Of a stretch of 64,000 bases of DNA, positions 7,525 to 16,345 are shown piece after piece; the stretch's first letter is position 1, and every line of letters starts with the position of its first letter. A program made the translations under genes and the position numbers. The notes under the pieces are model-generated. The model made no database searches. It worked only from the letters and a program-made list of their open reading frames with translations, and was not told the DNA's origin. The stretch is from Alphaproteobacteria bacterium (GTDB taxonomy: Bacteria; Pseudomonadota; Alphaproteobacteria; Rs-D84). The stretch is from NCBI GenBank assembly GCA_015062545.1, contig SUUL01000001.1, forward strand, positions 96,375 to 160,374. Reading direction: 5' to 3'.

Positions 7525-9768
7525 TTTGATTACGACATCCCTGACTTGCTTGGTTTGCGGATCGTATATCTTTGGCGCACCTTCGTAACGTAATGCACGA
7601 TGGTGTTTTGGCACCAAGTATTCTGGAATTGGTGTTGCAGGCGGTATTTTTACCTTGTCATTAGCTTCAATCTGTATTTTATTTTTACGCAAGAAATGCC
7701 ATTCCCCATCCGCCTCAATCGGGCGATTATAATACCCCTGATACAACACAATCTGTTTCCCGTTACCCAAGGTCATCAAGTCCATTGGTGTAAACAAGTC
7801 TTCTTCTTTGTCCACTTCAACTTCTTTGCCGTCTGGCCCCTTTTCCTTTTTCTTGGTTTTTTTCTTGCCAATCATGCGGGTAAAGCGTTCCGCAGTTGCA
7901 GGGTCGTTAACGCGCAAGATAACCTTGGCCGCGGTGTTGGCGATAATTGTATCTGCCGCCTTGTCGCCGTATTTGTCCGCAATTTGGCTGATGTCTTGAC
8001 CAACAATCAGGTAAGACACCTTTTGCCCACGACCAACGGCAGGCCCTTGGATAATCGCTTCCAATTTATTCATTGTTGGCATTTCATCCAATACAAACAA
8101 TGTTGGATATGGGCCCAATTTTTGACCGTGATTAATCTTTTCTGGGGGATTTGCAATCAAGAATTTTGATAACAATTCAATAAACATAGATGTAATCGCA
8201 CTGAACGCCGGTGCATCCGCAACATTCATAGACAAATATACCGTTACAGGCTTTACCTTGCCGTCACGCGGATCAACCATCCCGCGCAAATCACCAAAGT
8301 GCAAGTCAGAATGACGCGTATGTTTATTTACCGCAGGATGACGGAAAATATTTAACCCCGCGTTCATGGTTGAAATTACAGAACCGCGTTCTTTGTCAGG
8401 TGTATTCGACAGGTTAATCAGTGCAGATATTGCATCGCTGTCATAAGAATACAGTTGCGCTTCGTTAATAGCTTCGTTCAAGAAGTCTTTCATCGGGTCG
8501 GCCATCATGACCATCTGGTCACCTTGACGTTTACGTTCTTCTATTTGTTGGGCAACCTTTATCTGACCTTCGACATACCATGCCAAGAACATTGGGATTG
8601 ATGCCTCAGCCCCATGCCATTCAGTCGGTAACCCAGCCCAGGTTCCAACATGAACATAGTTGTCTTTGTTTAATTCGCCCCGCTGCAGCAAAGACATCGC
8701 CGCATACGCATTTGGATCAGACGACATTGTCATATAATAATCCATCAAAACAGCCGCATCTTGGGAATCAAATGTGCCAGTGTGCAGACGATTGTAAAAA
8801 TAATCGTTCGCCTTGGCACGTTCAACCTTGGACACAATAAAGTTAATAAACCCGGTTAATGCCGCACGCGCAGTATTTGACCAGTGTGGGTCTTTGGCAT
8901 TTTCTTCGATAATAGAATTAACAATAACCTGAATATATGTGCTGCGTTCTTCGTCTGTGTCGGGCAAGTTTTCCGGCGATAACGGATTCCACGCAGGATA
9001 GTATATGCCGTTTTCAGGTTCGTCACGGGCGGCCCAATTCAATATAAATACAGGCCCAACCGTTGCACGATACCCAGATGTATCCCTGTCCAGTTCAGGC
9101 TTTGGGTCGTTTACAATCATAGAAACATTGTCGCACCCCAGAATCGTTGGGATAACAACACCCTGGGTTTTACCGGTTCCCGCAGGCGCTAACAACAATG
9201 CCGATAATGTTGTATCCATTTTTAATGGCTTGCCCTTGAAATACCCCAAAACCATCATAAAACCACCAAACAACCCCTCTTTATTTTTGTGATCTGATCC
9301 CATTTTCTTGATATCTTCGGCATTGGCCTTGCGCGAAGACTTTTCATCAAATTTGTCTTTGCTGTGCGGGTTAAATTCATCTGTCATTGTGGCATCAGAT
9401 AAAAAGAAATACCCAATAATTGGCAACAGCGGTGTTATGCATGGAATATCAGGACGCGCAACACAACGTATCAGCCAATACGGAATCTCGGCAAAAACGG
9501 ACATACCACATGTCATAAACGCTTGTTGAAAATAAACATATATCCAATGCTGGGTCGCAGGCGACCAACCATATCGCCAAATATGTTCAACCGGAAAGGC
9601 ACACACAAACATCAACGCCGCAATTATCCAGATTAAAATCGTCCATCTGATTGACCAAAATTCGCGGGCCAACGGTGTCTGTTCGTGTTCTTTGTAAACA
9701 CTGGAACGGAATATACTTATCCCTTTGCCCTTGCCCGATGCCGATAAAAAGTTGAATTTAGCTGCCAT
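7522..9768 (-). CDS. virD4: VirD4/TraG-family type IV secretion coupling protein ATPase (748 aa)
   Basis: N-terminal TM helices, Walker A LLLAPAGTGKTQGVVIPTIL, Walker B LFVLDEMP, conserved VGQDISQI..AKVILRVND region, Lys-rich C-terminal tail. Confidence 0.75.
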   Translation of the reverse strand: MAAKFNFLSASGKGKGISIFRSSVYKEHEQTPLAREFWSIRWTILIWIIAALMFVCAFPVEHIWRYGWSPATQHWIYVYFQQAFMTCGMSVFAEIPYWLIRCVARPDIPCITPLLPIIGYFFLSDATMTDEFNPHSKDKFDEKSSRKANAEDIKKMGSDHKNKEGLFGGFMMVLGYFKGKPLKMDTTLSALLLAPAGTGKTQGVVIPTILGCDNVSMIVNDPKPELDRDTSGYRATVGPVFILNWAARDEPENGIYYPAWNPLSPENLPDTDEERSTYIQVIVNSIIEENAKDPHWSNTARAALTGFINFIVSKVERAKANDYFYNRLHTGTFDSQDAAVLMDYYMTMSSDPNAYAAMSLLQRGELNKDNYVHVGTWAGLPTEWHGAEASIPMFLAWYVEGQIKVAQQIEERKRQGDQMVMMADPMKDFLNEAINEAQLYSYDSDAISALINLSNTPDKERGSVISTMNAGLNIFRHPAVNKHTRHSDLHFGDLRGMVDPRDGKVKPVTVYLSMNVADAPAFSAITSMFIELLSKFLIANPPEKINHGQKLGPYPTLFVLDEMPTMNKLEAIIQGPAVGRGQKVSYLIVGQDISQIADKYGDKAADTIIANTAAKVILRVNDPATAERFTRMIGKKKTKKKEKGPDGKEVEVDKEEDLFTPMDLMTLGNGKQIVLYQGYYNRPIEADGEWHFLRKNKIQIEANDKVKIPPATPIPEYLVPKHHRALRYEGAPKIYDPQTKQVRDVVIK

Positions 9769-9824
9769 AGTGATATGATTATATCAGAAAAAACATAATT
9801 TATAAATCAGGAAAATGTAAAAAT

Positions 9825-10478
9825 ATGAAAAATATTCCAAGAATTTTTATAGATGAAAAACTATCTGCCGGTATTCAGATACCACTGCCACGTGAAACAA
9901 TGCATTATTTGACGCACGTTATGCGCACAGATAAATGCCTGGTGTTTGGAAACGGTGTTGAATATAACGCACATATATCAGACAACCAAAAATTCTTGGT
10001 TATTGACAGCAAAACAAATCATACAGACCCATCTGGTAATCTGACACTGATGTTTGCACCAATAAAACGCACAGACGACCTGATTAATATGGCAACACAA
10101 ATGGGGGTGGCGGTTTTGCAACCGGTTATAACCGACAGAACAAATGCCACACATATAAACTGGGAACGGATGAAAAAAATCGCGACCGAAGCCGCAGAGC
10201 AATCAAACCGTAACAGCGTACCAAAAATTATGCCACCTGTAAAATTTTCAGATTTAGACTTGTCAAAAATAATATATGCAGACGAACGTGTGGCATACGG
10301 AAAATCTGCGCCAAACAAAATTATATCAAACCATATACTGGTTGGGCCCGAAGGGGGATTTTCAGATTCGGAATTTAATGCACTGGATGCGGCGGGGGCA
10401 TGTGGTATATCTTTGGGCAAAACAATTCTGCGCGCAGAAGTTGCTGCCGTTGTTGCAATCACAAAGGTCATAGAATAA
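9825..10478 (+). CDS. rsmE: 16S rRNA (uracil1498-N3)-methyltransferase RsmE
   Basis: N-terminal PRIFIDEKLSAG..HYLTHVMR and C-terminal SLGKTILRAE motifs of the RsmE family. Confidence 0.7.
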   Translation: MKNIPRIFIDEKLSAGIQIPLPRETMHYLTHVMRTDKCLVFGNGVEYNAHISDNQKFLVIDSKTNHTDPSGNLTLMFAPIKRTDDLINMATQMGVAVLQPVITDRTNATHINWERMKKIATEAAEQSNRNSVPKIMPPVKFSDLDLSKIIYADERVAYGKSAPNKIISNHILVGPEGGFSDSEFNALDAAGACGISLGKTILRAEVAAVVAITKVIE

Positions 10479-10480
10479 GC

Positions 10481-11179
10481 ATGTCTGTACGTATCGCAAA
10501 ATTTATCGCAGATTCTGGGGTCGCATCACGCCGCGCCGCAGAAGAAATGATTCTGTCTGGACGCGTTGCTGTCAATGGTACAAAAGTTAACACACCGGTT
10601 TTCTTTGTAGATGATGGCGATATAGTATCTGTCGATGGCAAAGACATCTGTAAGCGACAGACGACTGAACTGTATGCATTTCACAAACCAATTAACACAA
10701 TGACAACGCTGCGTGACCCAGATGGGCGCAGAACAATATATGAATGTATGCCAGACGAATATAAACATTTGAAATATGTTGGGCGATTGGATTATAAAAC
10801 AACCGGATTATTACTGATGACAAATGATGGTGAATTGGCGCGCAAGTTAACAATGCCATCATCTGGGATTCCGCGTGTATATTTGGCAACTGTGACACGT
10901 GTGGATATATCTGGATTAAAACGCGCCAGGCAAGGAATTACCGTTGATGGTATTAAATATGCACCAATGAAAATTGATATTTTACCAGAAAAAAAATTAC
11001 GTGTCACAATTACCGAAGGAAAAAAGAACGAAGTACGAATTGTACTGCGTGCATGCGGATGTCCGGTGGTAAAACTACATCGTGAAAAGTACGGAAAAAT
11101 TGCCTTGGGAAAACTGCCCGTTGGAAAAATTGAAAAATTATCGCAGAAAGTGATTGACGAAACATTAAAATCTCTCTAA
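10481..11179 (+). CDS. RsuA/RluB-family pseudouridine synthase (S4 domain)
   Basis: S4 domain (RIAKFIADSGVASRRAAEEMILSGRVAVNG) and catalytic GRLDYKTTGLLLMTNDGELA motif. ATG at 10481 immediately after the rsmE stop. Confidence 0.7.
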   Translation: MSVRIAKFIADSGVASRRAAEEMILSGRVAVNGTKVNTPVFFVDDGDIVSVDGKDICKRQTTELYAFHKPINTMTTLRDPDGRRTIYECMPDEYKHLKYVGRLDYKTTGLLLMTNDGELARKLTMPSSGIPRVYLATVTRVDISGLKRARQGITVDGIKYAPMKIDILPEKKLRVTITEGKKNEVRIVLRACGCPVVKLHREKYGKIALGKLPVGKIEKLSQKVIDETLKSL

Positions 11180-11208
11180 TATTCCATTAAAAGGAAGGGA
11201 GATTTGAT

Positions 11209-12351
11209 ATGAAAAAAACACCTGTCAAAAAAACAAGCAACTCTAAAAAGTCTGTAAAAGTGCGTCCTGTGGCATCTAAGCCAACGGTAAAAACTGTCAC
11301 CAAGAAAACTTGTGTCAGTCCGTGGTCTTTATCAATTTACGTTTATTGGTTCGTGATTTTATTCTTTATTGCGGCAACTTTTTATATCTTGGGTCGCACA
11401 CATAATGCGCAACCAGAAGTTGCAAATGTTGAAATCACCGAAGAAATCTTGTTGCAAGCGGGTGATTATTACGAAAGCGGTAAAACAAAATTATTAGCAG
11501 GCAATGTTGACGAAGCATTGGCAGACTTGACCGCGGCGATTGATGCGGGGGCTGCATCTGTAGATACATACGTATTGCGTGGCGAAGCATTTATGCAGGC
11601 CGGCAACTATCGCGATGCACTGGCAGACTTTAACACGGCTTTGTCAAAAGACCCTTCCAGCGCAGTGGCATATTACGACCGCTCTTTGTTACACGCACGT
11701 TTGGAAGACTATGCTGCGGCATTAAATGATATTAACAATGCATTGGCCGCAAATGTTTCAAACCCAAGTTCTGCTTTGCAGATGCGTGACCTTTATGCAA
11801 AACGTGGCCAAATAAATCTGTGGACAAAGAACTGGGAAGGGGCAGTTGCAGATTATACAAATTCTTTGGCACGCCCAGAAGGGATTGTATCACCAGAAGT
11901 TTACGCAGAACGCGCAGAAGCATACACCGCAATGGGAAATTATGACGATGCAGTCAAAGACTATGCATCCGCCATACGCGTTATATCCGAACAAATCCAA
12001 GGTTTACCAACCAAGGCAGAACGCGAATCTTTGTCCAGTCGTGCAATGAACTATTTTGAAAAATCTGCGGCATTGAATTTGCAACAGGGTTTAACCGAAG
12101 CTGCACGTACAGACTTGGAATCTGCATATACAATCGCAATCGCATTGAAAGATTCAGAATCTATCAGCAGATTGAAAGCACTGATTACAGAATTGGTATC
12201 GCCAACACTGCCTGCAGAAGCAGTCACAGAAGAAGCGACCGCAGAAACAGTTGTCCAAGAAAGTGTGACACAGCCAGCAGAAGCACCCGCACCAGTTCAG
12301 CCCGATGTGGCCGGTACGGATGCGCCAACAGAACCTGTGGCACAGAACTAA
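11209..12351 (+). CDS. membrane-anchored TPR-repeat protein
   Basis: Lys-rich N-terminus, one TM, multiple TPR-like repeats (..AYYDRSLLHARLEDYAAALNDINNAL..), acidic Pro/Ala-rich C-terminus. Confidence 0.6.
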   Translation: MKKTPVKKTSNSKKSVKVRPVASKPTVKTVTKKTCVSPWSLSIYVYWFVILFFIAATFYILGRTHNAQPEVANVEITEEILLQAGDYYESGKTKLLAGNVDEALADLTAAIDAGAASVDTYVLRGEAFMQAGNYRDALADFNTALSKDPSSAVAYYDRSLLHARLEDYAAALNDINNALAANVSNPSSALQMRDLYAKRGQINLWTKNWEGAVADYTNSLARPEGIVSPEVYAERAEAYTAMGNYDDAVKDYASAIRVISEQIQGLPTKAERESLSSRAMNYFEKSAALNLQQGLTEAARTDLESAYTIAIALKDSESISRLKALITELVSPTLPAEAVTEEATAETVVQESVTQPAEAPAPVQPDVAGTDAPTEPVAQN

Positions 12352-12382
12352 TAATCGCCCGTTTGGGCGATTTTTTTTTACA
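12352..12382 (+). terminator. intrinsic terminator (cgcccgtttgggcg + T9)
   Basis: Hairpin plus a long T-run directly after the stop codon. Confidence 0.65.
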
Positions 12383-12401
12383 AAAAATTATTAATAATTA
12401 T

Positions 12402-12429
12402 TTGCAAAGGTATAAATATCTTTTATAAT
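12402..12429 (+). promoter_or_regulatory. candidate pnp promoter TTGCAA-16-TATAAT with a ~105-nt leader containing a ctgcag hairpin
   Basis: Hexamers at 12402-12407 and 12424-12429. pnp genes typically have structured, autoregulated leaders. Confidence 0.4.
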
Positions 12430-12540
12430 TGGCACGGCGCGAAGATGAAATTGTTCTTTTGTGCAGTTTTTGGCGACTGCAGAAACGAATAATTTTTCTT
12501 CGCAATATGATTAAACTTAATTAAAAAAAAGGAAAAACAA

Positions 12541-14709
12541 ATGGTATTTGGTTTGTTTAAGAAAGACGAAAAAACAAAATTAAATAATCCTGTTATTGTT
12601 GAAATTCCATACGGTGATGAAACACTGCGTTTGGAAACAGGTCGTATGGCAAAACAGGCAAACGGTTCTGTATTGGCAACAATGGGCGGCACAATGGTTT
12701 TGGCAACTGTGTGTGCAGAAAAATCCGCGGTCGAAGGGCAAGATTTCTTTCCATTGACGGTTGATTACCAAGAAAAATTCGCATCTGCGGGTCGTATTCC
12801 AGGTTCACGCGATCGCCGCGAAGGCAAGGCATCAACTGCAGAAACATTGACGGCACGTTTGATTGACCGTCCAATTCGTCCCCTGTTCCCAGAAACTTTC
12901 AAGAACAAAGTTCAAATTATCGCCCAGGTATTTTCTTATGACAAAGTAAATCAGCCTGACATTTTGGCAATGATTGCGTCATCTGCGGCGTTGGCATTAA
13001 GTGGTGTTCCATTCCAAGGCCCCATTGGTGCGGCACGCGTTGGCTATGCAGACGGTTCTTATATCTTGAACCCATCCAAAAAAGCCGTTGAAGATTCTGA
13101 AATGGACTTGGTTGTTGCGGCAACCAAAGACGGCGTGCTGATGGTTGAATCTGAAATCGGTGAATTGGATGAAAAAACAGTTTTGGGCGCGGTTAAATTC
13201 GGTTTTGATGCACAGCAAACTGTTATCAACGCAATTAACGAATTGGCAGAAAAAGCCGGTAAAGAACGCTGGGCAACACCAGAAAAGACCGCCGAACAAA
13301 TCACAATGGAAGCAGACTTTGAACAATTCGCAGGTCAAATTGAAGAAGCCTTGCAGATTAAAGAAAAATTGGTTCGCTTGGAAACATTGGGCAACATTCA
13401 TACTGCTGCCAAGGCACGTATTCCAGAATTGTTCCCAGAAACAGAACGCGCACAATCAACATTGGAATCATGGGCAGATGAAGTTATTGAAAATCTGACT
13501 GCACGTATTATGCGCGGCAACATCTTGGCGGGCAAACCACGTATTGACGGTCGTGATAATAAAACTGTTCGTCCAATTGAAATTGAATTGGGTGTATTGC
13601 CACGCGCACATGGTTCTGCACTGTTTACACGCGGCGAAACACAGGCGTTGGTATCATTAACATTGGGCGGTGGCAAAGATGCGTTACCTATTGAATCATT
13701 GGATGGTGCCGAAGAACGCGACTTTATCTTGAACTATAACTTCCCAGGATATTCTGTGGGTGAATGTAAAGGTTTGAAATCACCAGGTCGTCGTGAAATT
13801 GGTCACGGTAACTTGGCATGGCGCGCAGTTCACCCAATGGTACCAAGCCGCAGCGAATTTGATTATGTAATTCGCATTGTGTCTGATATTTTGGAATCAA
13901 ATGGTTCTTCATCAATGGCGACAACATGTGGCGCAACATTGGCAATGATGGACGGTGGCGTTCCAATGAAACGTCCGGTTGCGGGTATCGCGATGGGTCT
14001 GATTAAAGAAGGTGATGATTACGCAATTCTGACAGACATTTTGGGTGACGAAGATCACTTGGGCGACATGGACTTCAAAGTAACAGGTACAGACCAAGGT
14101 GTAACAGCCTTGCAGATGGATATTAAAATCACATCTATTACGTTTGAAATCATGGAACGTGCATTGGCACAGGCAAAAGATGGTCGTATGCATATCTTGG
14201 GCAAAATTGAAAAGGCGATTAAAAAGCCACGCACATCTGTGTCTGAATATGCACCACAGGCATATACCATGAAAATCAATCCAGACAAGGTTCGTGATGT
14301 TATCGGCAAGGGCGGTTCTGTTATCCAAGCCTTGGTAAGAGAAACAAACACAATTATTGATTTGGAAGATGATGGCACAGTAAAAATCATGGCAACAACC
14401 AAAGAAGAAGCCGATGCAGCAATCGCACGCATCAAAGATATTGTTGCAGAACCAGAAGTTGGTCAAATTTACAAAGGAACTGTATCTGGGCTGAAAGATT
14501 TCGGTTTGTTTGTAAAAATCATGAATGGTTTCGAATCCATGGTTCATATTTCTGAAATCACAGGTGAACGTATCGCAAAAATTGAAGACACAAAAATCAA
14601 AGAAGGCGATACAGTTTACGTTCGTTTCTTGGGCGCGGACAAGCGCGGAAAAACTCGTATGTCTATGGTTGGTATTGACCAGAAAACAGGCGAAGAAATC
14701 AAGAAATAA
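12541..14709 (+). CDS. pnp: polynucleotide phosphorylase/polyadenylase
   Basis: Two RNase PH domains, KH domain and C-terminal S1 domain. Conserved motifs throughout (e.g. ..DILGDEDHLGDMDFKV..). Confidence 0.9.
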   Translation: MVFGLFKKDEKTKLNNPVIVEIPYGDETLRLETGRMAKQANGSVLATMGGTMVLATVCAEKSAVEGQDFFPLTVDYQEKFASAGRIPGSRDRREGKASTAETLTARLIDRPIRPLFPETFKNKVQIIAQVFSYDKVNQPDILAMIASSAALALSGVPFQGPIGAARVGYADGSYILNPSKKAVEDSEMDLVVAATKDGVLMVESEIGELDEKTVLGAVKFGFDAQQTVINAINELAEKAGKERWATPEKTAEQITMEADFEQFAGQIEEALQIKEKLVRLETLGNIHTAAKARIPELFPETERAQSTLESWADEVIENLTARIMRGNILAGKPRIDGRDNKTVRPIEIELGVLPRAHGSALFTRGETQALVSLTLGGGKDALPIESLDGAEERDFILNYNFPGYSVGECKGLKSPGRREIGHGNLAWRAVHPMVPSRSEFDYVIRIVSDILESNGSSSMATTCGATLAMMDGGVPMKRPVAGIAMGLIKEGDDYAILTDILGDEDHLGDMDFKVTGTDQGVTALQMDIKITSITFEIMERALAQAKDGRMHILGKIEKAIKKPRTSVSEYAPQAYTMKINPDKVRDVIGKGGSVIQALVRETNTIIDLEDDGTVKIMATTKEEADAAIARIKDIVAEPEVGQIYKGTVSGLKDFGLFVKIMNGFESMVHISEITGERIAKIEDTKIKEGDTVYVRFLGADKRGKTRMSMVGIDQKTGEEIKK

Positions 14710-14759
14710 TAATTTTGCGCCCCGTCATGGGGCGCATTTACGCAACGGGGGATATTCAA

Positions 14760-15059
14760 ATGGATATGGAAGCATTAATGGCACAGGCCGCAGAATTACA
14801 AACCAAGGTTAACGCCGCACAAGAAACATTGGCAAAATCTGTTGTCAAAGGTATTGCAGGTAACGGTGCGTGCATTGTTGATATGACGGGCAAATATGAT
14901 TTGATAAAAATGACAATCCGACCGGAAATTTTGTCACAGGGCGCAGATGCGGTTTGTGAAATTGTATCTGCGGCATATATGGATGCCAAGACCAAGGCAG
15001 ACGCATTAATAGACCAAGTTATGGGCGATGCCACTGCAGGTATGCCAATGCCAAATTAA
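14760..15059 (+). CDS. ybaB: nucleoid-associated protein YbaB/EbfC
   Basis: About 100 aa with the YbaB-family pattern (MDMEALMAQAAELQTKVNAAQETL..). Start at 14760 preferred (GGGGG SD 8 nt upstream); the longer ORF would overlap a hairpin at 14717-14735. Confidence 0.7.
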   Translation: MDMEALMAQAAELQTKVNAAQETLAKSVVKGIAGNGACIVDMTGKYDLIKMTIRPEILSQGADAVCEIVSAAYMDAKTKADALIDQVMGDATAGMPMPN

Positions 15060-15062
15060 CCA

Positions 15063-15087
15063 GAACCGCCGATTGGCGGTTTTTTAT
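15063..15087. terminator. intrinsic terminator (aaccgcc-gatt-ggcggtt + T-run)
   Basis: Hairpin plus T-run after the ybaB stop. Confidence 0.65.
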
Positions 15088-15200
15088 TACCCCCACCCCA
15101 GAATTCCAACGTCAATAAATTGTCGGGAATTCTGACCCGCCCCACAAGGGGGCAGGGGTAAAAGCATATTTCCCAACACACACGGGGGGCGGGGGTATGT
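15087..15200 (+). repeat. GC-rich repeat copy R1 (72-bp core TTACCCCCACCCCAGAATTCCAACGTCAATAAATTGyCGGGAATTCTGACCCGCCCCACAAGGGGGCAGGG plus ~40-bp tail ..CAACACACACGGGGGGCGGGGGTATGT)
   Basis: Near-identical copies at 15749-15819 and 15939-16076. Contains the internal inverted repeat CAGAATTCC/GGAATTCTG. GC-rich in an AT-rich background. Confidence 0.7.
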
Positions 15201-15255
15201 AGATTTTACTTGACCATGATTGCCAGATAATAAACAATTTTTTTAGGGGTTGTTA

Positions 15256-15639
15256 ATGGTAATACATTCTGCACAAATAAATCGTGCGAAATCGTTGCGA
15301 AAAAATATGTCTGATACCGAATTGAAATTTTGGTACAGGATAAATCGTAATCAAATGGGGGTAAAATTCCGGCGGCAACAACCTATTGGGCCTTATGTTG
15401 TTGATTTTGTATGTCATTCATTAAAATTGGTAATCGAATTAGATGGCGATCAACATCTGTTTAATATTGAATATGATAATAAACGAACGCAATATATTGA
15501 ATCCCAAGGATATATGATAATACGAATACCGAATGCATATTTAACGTGCACGGGGATAGATGATGTAGTGCATACGTTATATCGATGTATAAATGAAAAT
15601 TTAGATTATTATGAGTTTTTTGTGTCCAGATACCAATGA
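15256..15639 (+). CDS. DUF559 domain protein (Vsr/restriction-endonuclease-like fold)
   Basis: ..LKFWYRINRNQMGVKFRRQQPIGPYVVDFVCHSLKLVIELDGDQH.. matches the DUF559 signature. AGGGG SD 6 nt before the ATG at 15256. Confidence 0.65.
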   Translation: MVIHSAQINRAKSLRKNMSDTELKFWYRINRNQMGVKFRRQQPIGPYVVDFVCHSLKLVIELDGDQHLFNIEYDNKRTQYIESQGYMIIRIPNAYLTCTGIDDVVHTLYRCINENLDYYEFFVSRYQ

Positions 15640-15658
15640 ATTTATAGGTGTTGTTATT

Positions 15659-15681
15659 CCCTGCCCCCTTTGTGGGGCGGG
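15659..15681 (-). repeat. inverted partial copy of the repeat core 3' end (CCCTGCCCCCTTTGTGGGGCGGG)
   Basis: Reverse complement of CCCGCCCCACAAGGGGGCAGGG (as at 15138-15159) with one extra T. It lies just past the DUF559 stop, so the gene is bracketed by inverted copies. Confidence 0.6.
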
Positions 15682-15723
15682 ATAGTTTTACTTGCGGGAA
15701 CGTATGTGAGTGCATAGTAAAAC

Positions 15724-15819
15724 TTGGGTGGGGGGGGTATGTGTGTTATTACCCCCACCCCAGAATTCCAACGTCAATAAATTGCCGGGAATTCTGACCC
15801 GCCCCACAAGGGGGCAGGG
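15724..15819 (+). repeat. GC-rich repeat copy R2 (GGGTGGGGGGGGTATGTGTG leader + 72-bp core)
   Basis: Core 15749-15819 is identical to R1/R3 apart from 1-2 substitutions. Preceded by a G-run/TATGT segment resembling the R1/R3 tail. Confidence 0.7.
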
Positions 15820-15880
15820 AATATCAGCATGTTTTTTTACCATAATTACTTACTACAATTTTTTTATAAAAAAATTGTCA

Positions 15881-15901
15881 TTCTGGGGCTTGACCCCAGA
15901 A
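15881..15901. repeat. perfect 8-bp inverted repeat TTCTGGGG-cttga-CCCCAGAA between R2 and R3
   Basis: Shares the CCCCAGAA / TTCTG motifs of the repeat core. Confidence 0.45.
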
Positions 15902-15938
15902 CCTAGGTGATACATCTTTGTTATTTGTGCGCGCGACA

Positions 15939-16076
15939 TTACCCCCACCCCAGAATTCCAACGTCAATAAATTGCCGGGAATTCTGACCCGCCCCACAAG
16001 GGGGCAGGGATAAAAGCATATTCCACAACACACGGGGGCGGGGGTAAAAGCATATTTCCCAACACACACGGGGGGA
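15939..16076 (+). repeat. GC-rich repeat copy R3 (core + duplicated tail)
   Basis: Core 15939-16009, then the tail ..TAAAAGCATATTCCACAACACACGGGGGCGGGGG.. is present twice (16011-16045, 16046-16076). Confidence 0.7.
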
Positions 16077-16097
16077 TGATAAAGACACAAATTATCC

Positions 16098-16126
16098 TTG
16101 CCAAGAAAATTTGTTTTTAATATGAT
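16098..16126 (+). promoter_or_regulatory. candidate sigma-70 promoter TTGCCA-17-TATGAT driving leader A and the Cys-rich protein gene
   Basis: Hexamers at 16098-16103 and 16121-16126. Predicted TSS about 16133. Confidence 0.5.
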
Positions 16127-16132
16127 ATAAGC

Positions 16133-16345
16133 AACCCATGGGGCAACCATGGGCCGAGGACTTGAAACCTCTTCATACAACGTAGGTGTCGCGTGAAGAC
16201 ACTTGGAAAAATCTCCAACCTGATTCGGTTGGAGGGTGGCGATATATTTAAATAAGCCCGCTATTTTGTATGATAGTTTCAAGCCTCCAACCGCTTTTGT
16301 TTTCAAATGCGGTTTTCTTGTTTTAATACACAGGGGGCGTTGGGA
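16133..16345 (+). promoter_or_regulatory. structured 5' leader A, attenuator-like: hairpin CTCCAACC(16213-16220)..GGTTGGAG(16227-16234), second CTCCAACC(16285-16292) overlapping terminator hairpin AACCGC..GCGGTT(16289-16314) + U-tract, then SD/ATG
   Basis: The same architecture and about 75% sequence identity is found in leaders B and C on the minus strand; leader D has a covarying version. The alternative pairing GGTTGGAG:CTCCAACC(2) would prevent the terminator from forming. Confidence 0.5.

Noticed and set aside
7522-9768. Treating the VirD4-like gene as evidence for a T4SS island within the window
   Set aside because: No virB/trb genes, relaxase or integrase are present in the 64-kb window, so the gene is only flagged as an orphan.
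15087-16076. Is the GC-rich repeat array a CRISPR array?
   Set aside because: Only about three repeats, about 72 bp long. The 'spacers' are very unequal (about 590 bp containing a gene, and 118 bp). There is an inverted partial copy and no cas genes nearby.
15878-16306. 142-aa minus-strand ORF overlapping repeat R3 and leader A
   Set aside because: Its coding potential is created by the GC-rich repeat and leader sequence. It has no SD and lies antisense to a promoter/leader.
16140-16318. Elements A/B/C as mobile palindromic elements (MITE/RPE-like)
   Set aside because: Each copy lies in the same sense orientation exactly between a sigma-70-like promoter and the SD/ATG of a gene, and ends with a terminator-like hairpin. 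No terminal inverted repeats or target-site duplications were seen, so a cis-regulatory leader is the better fit. Mobility is not excluded.
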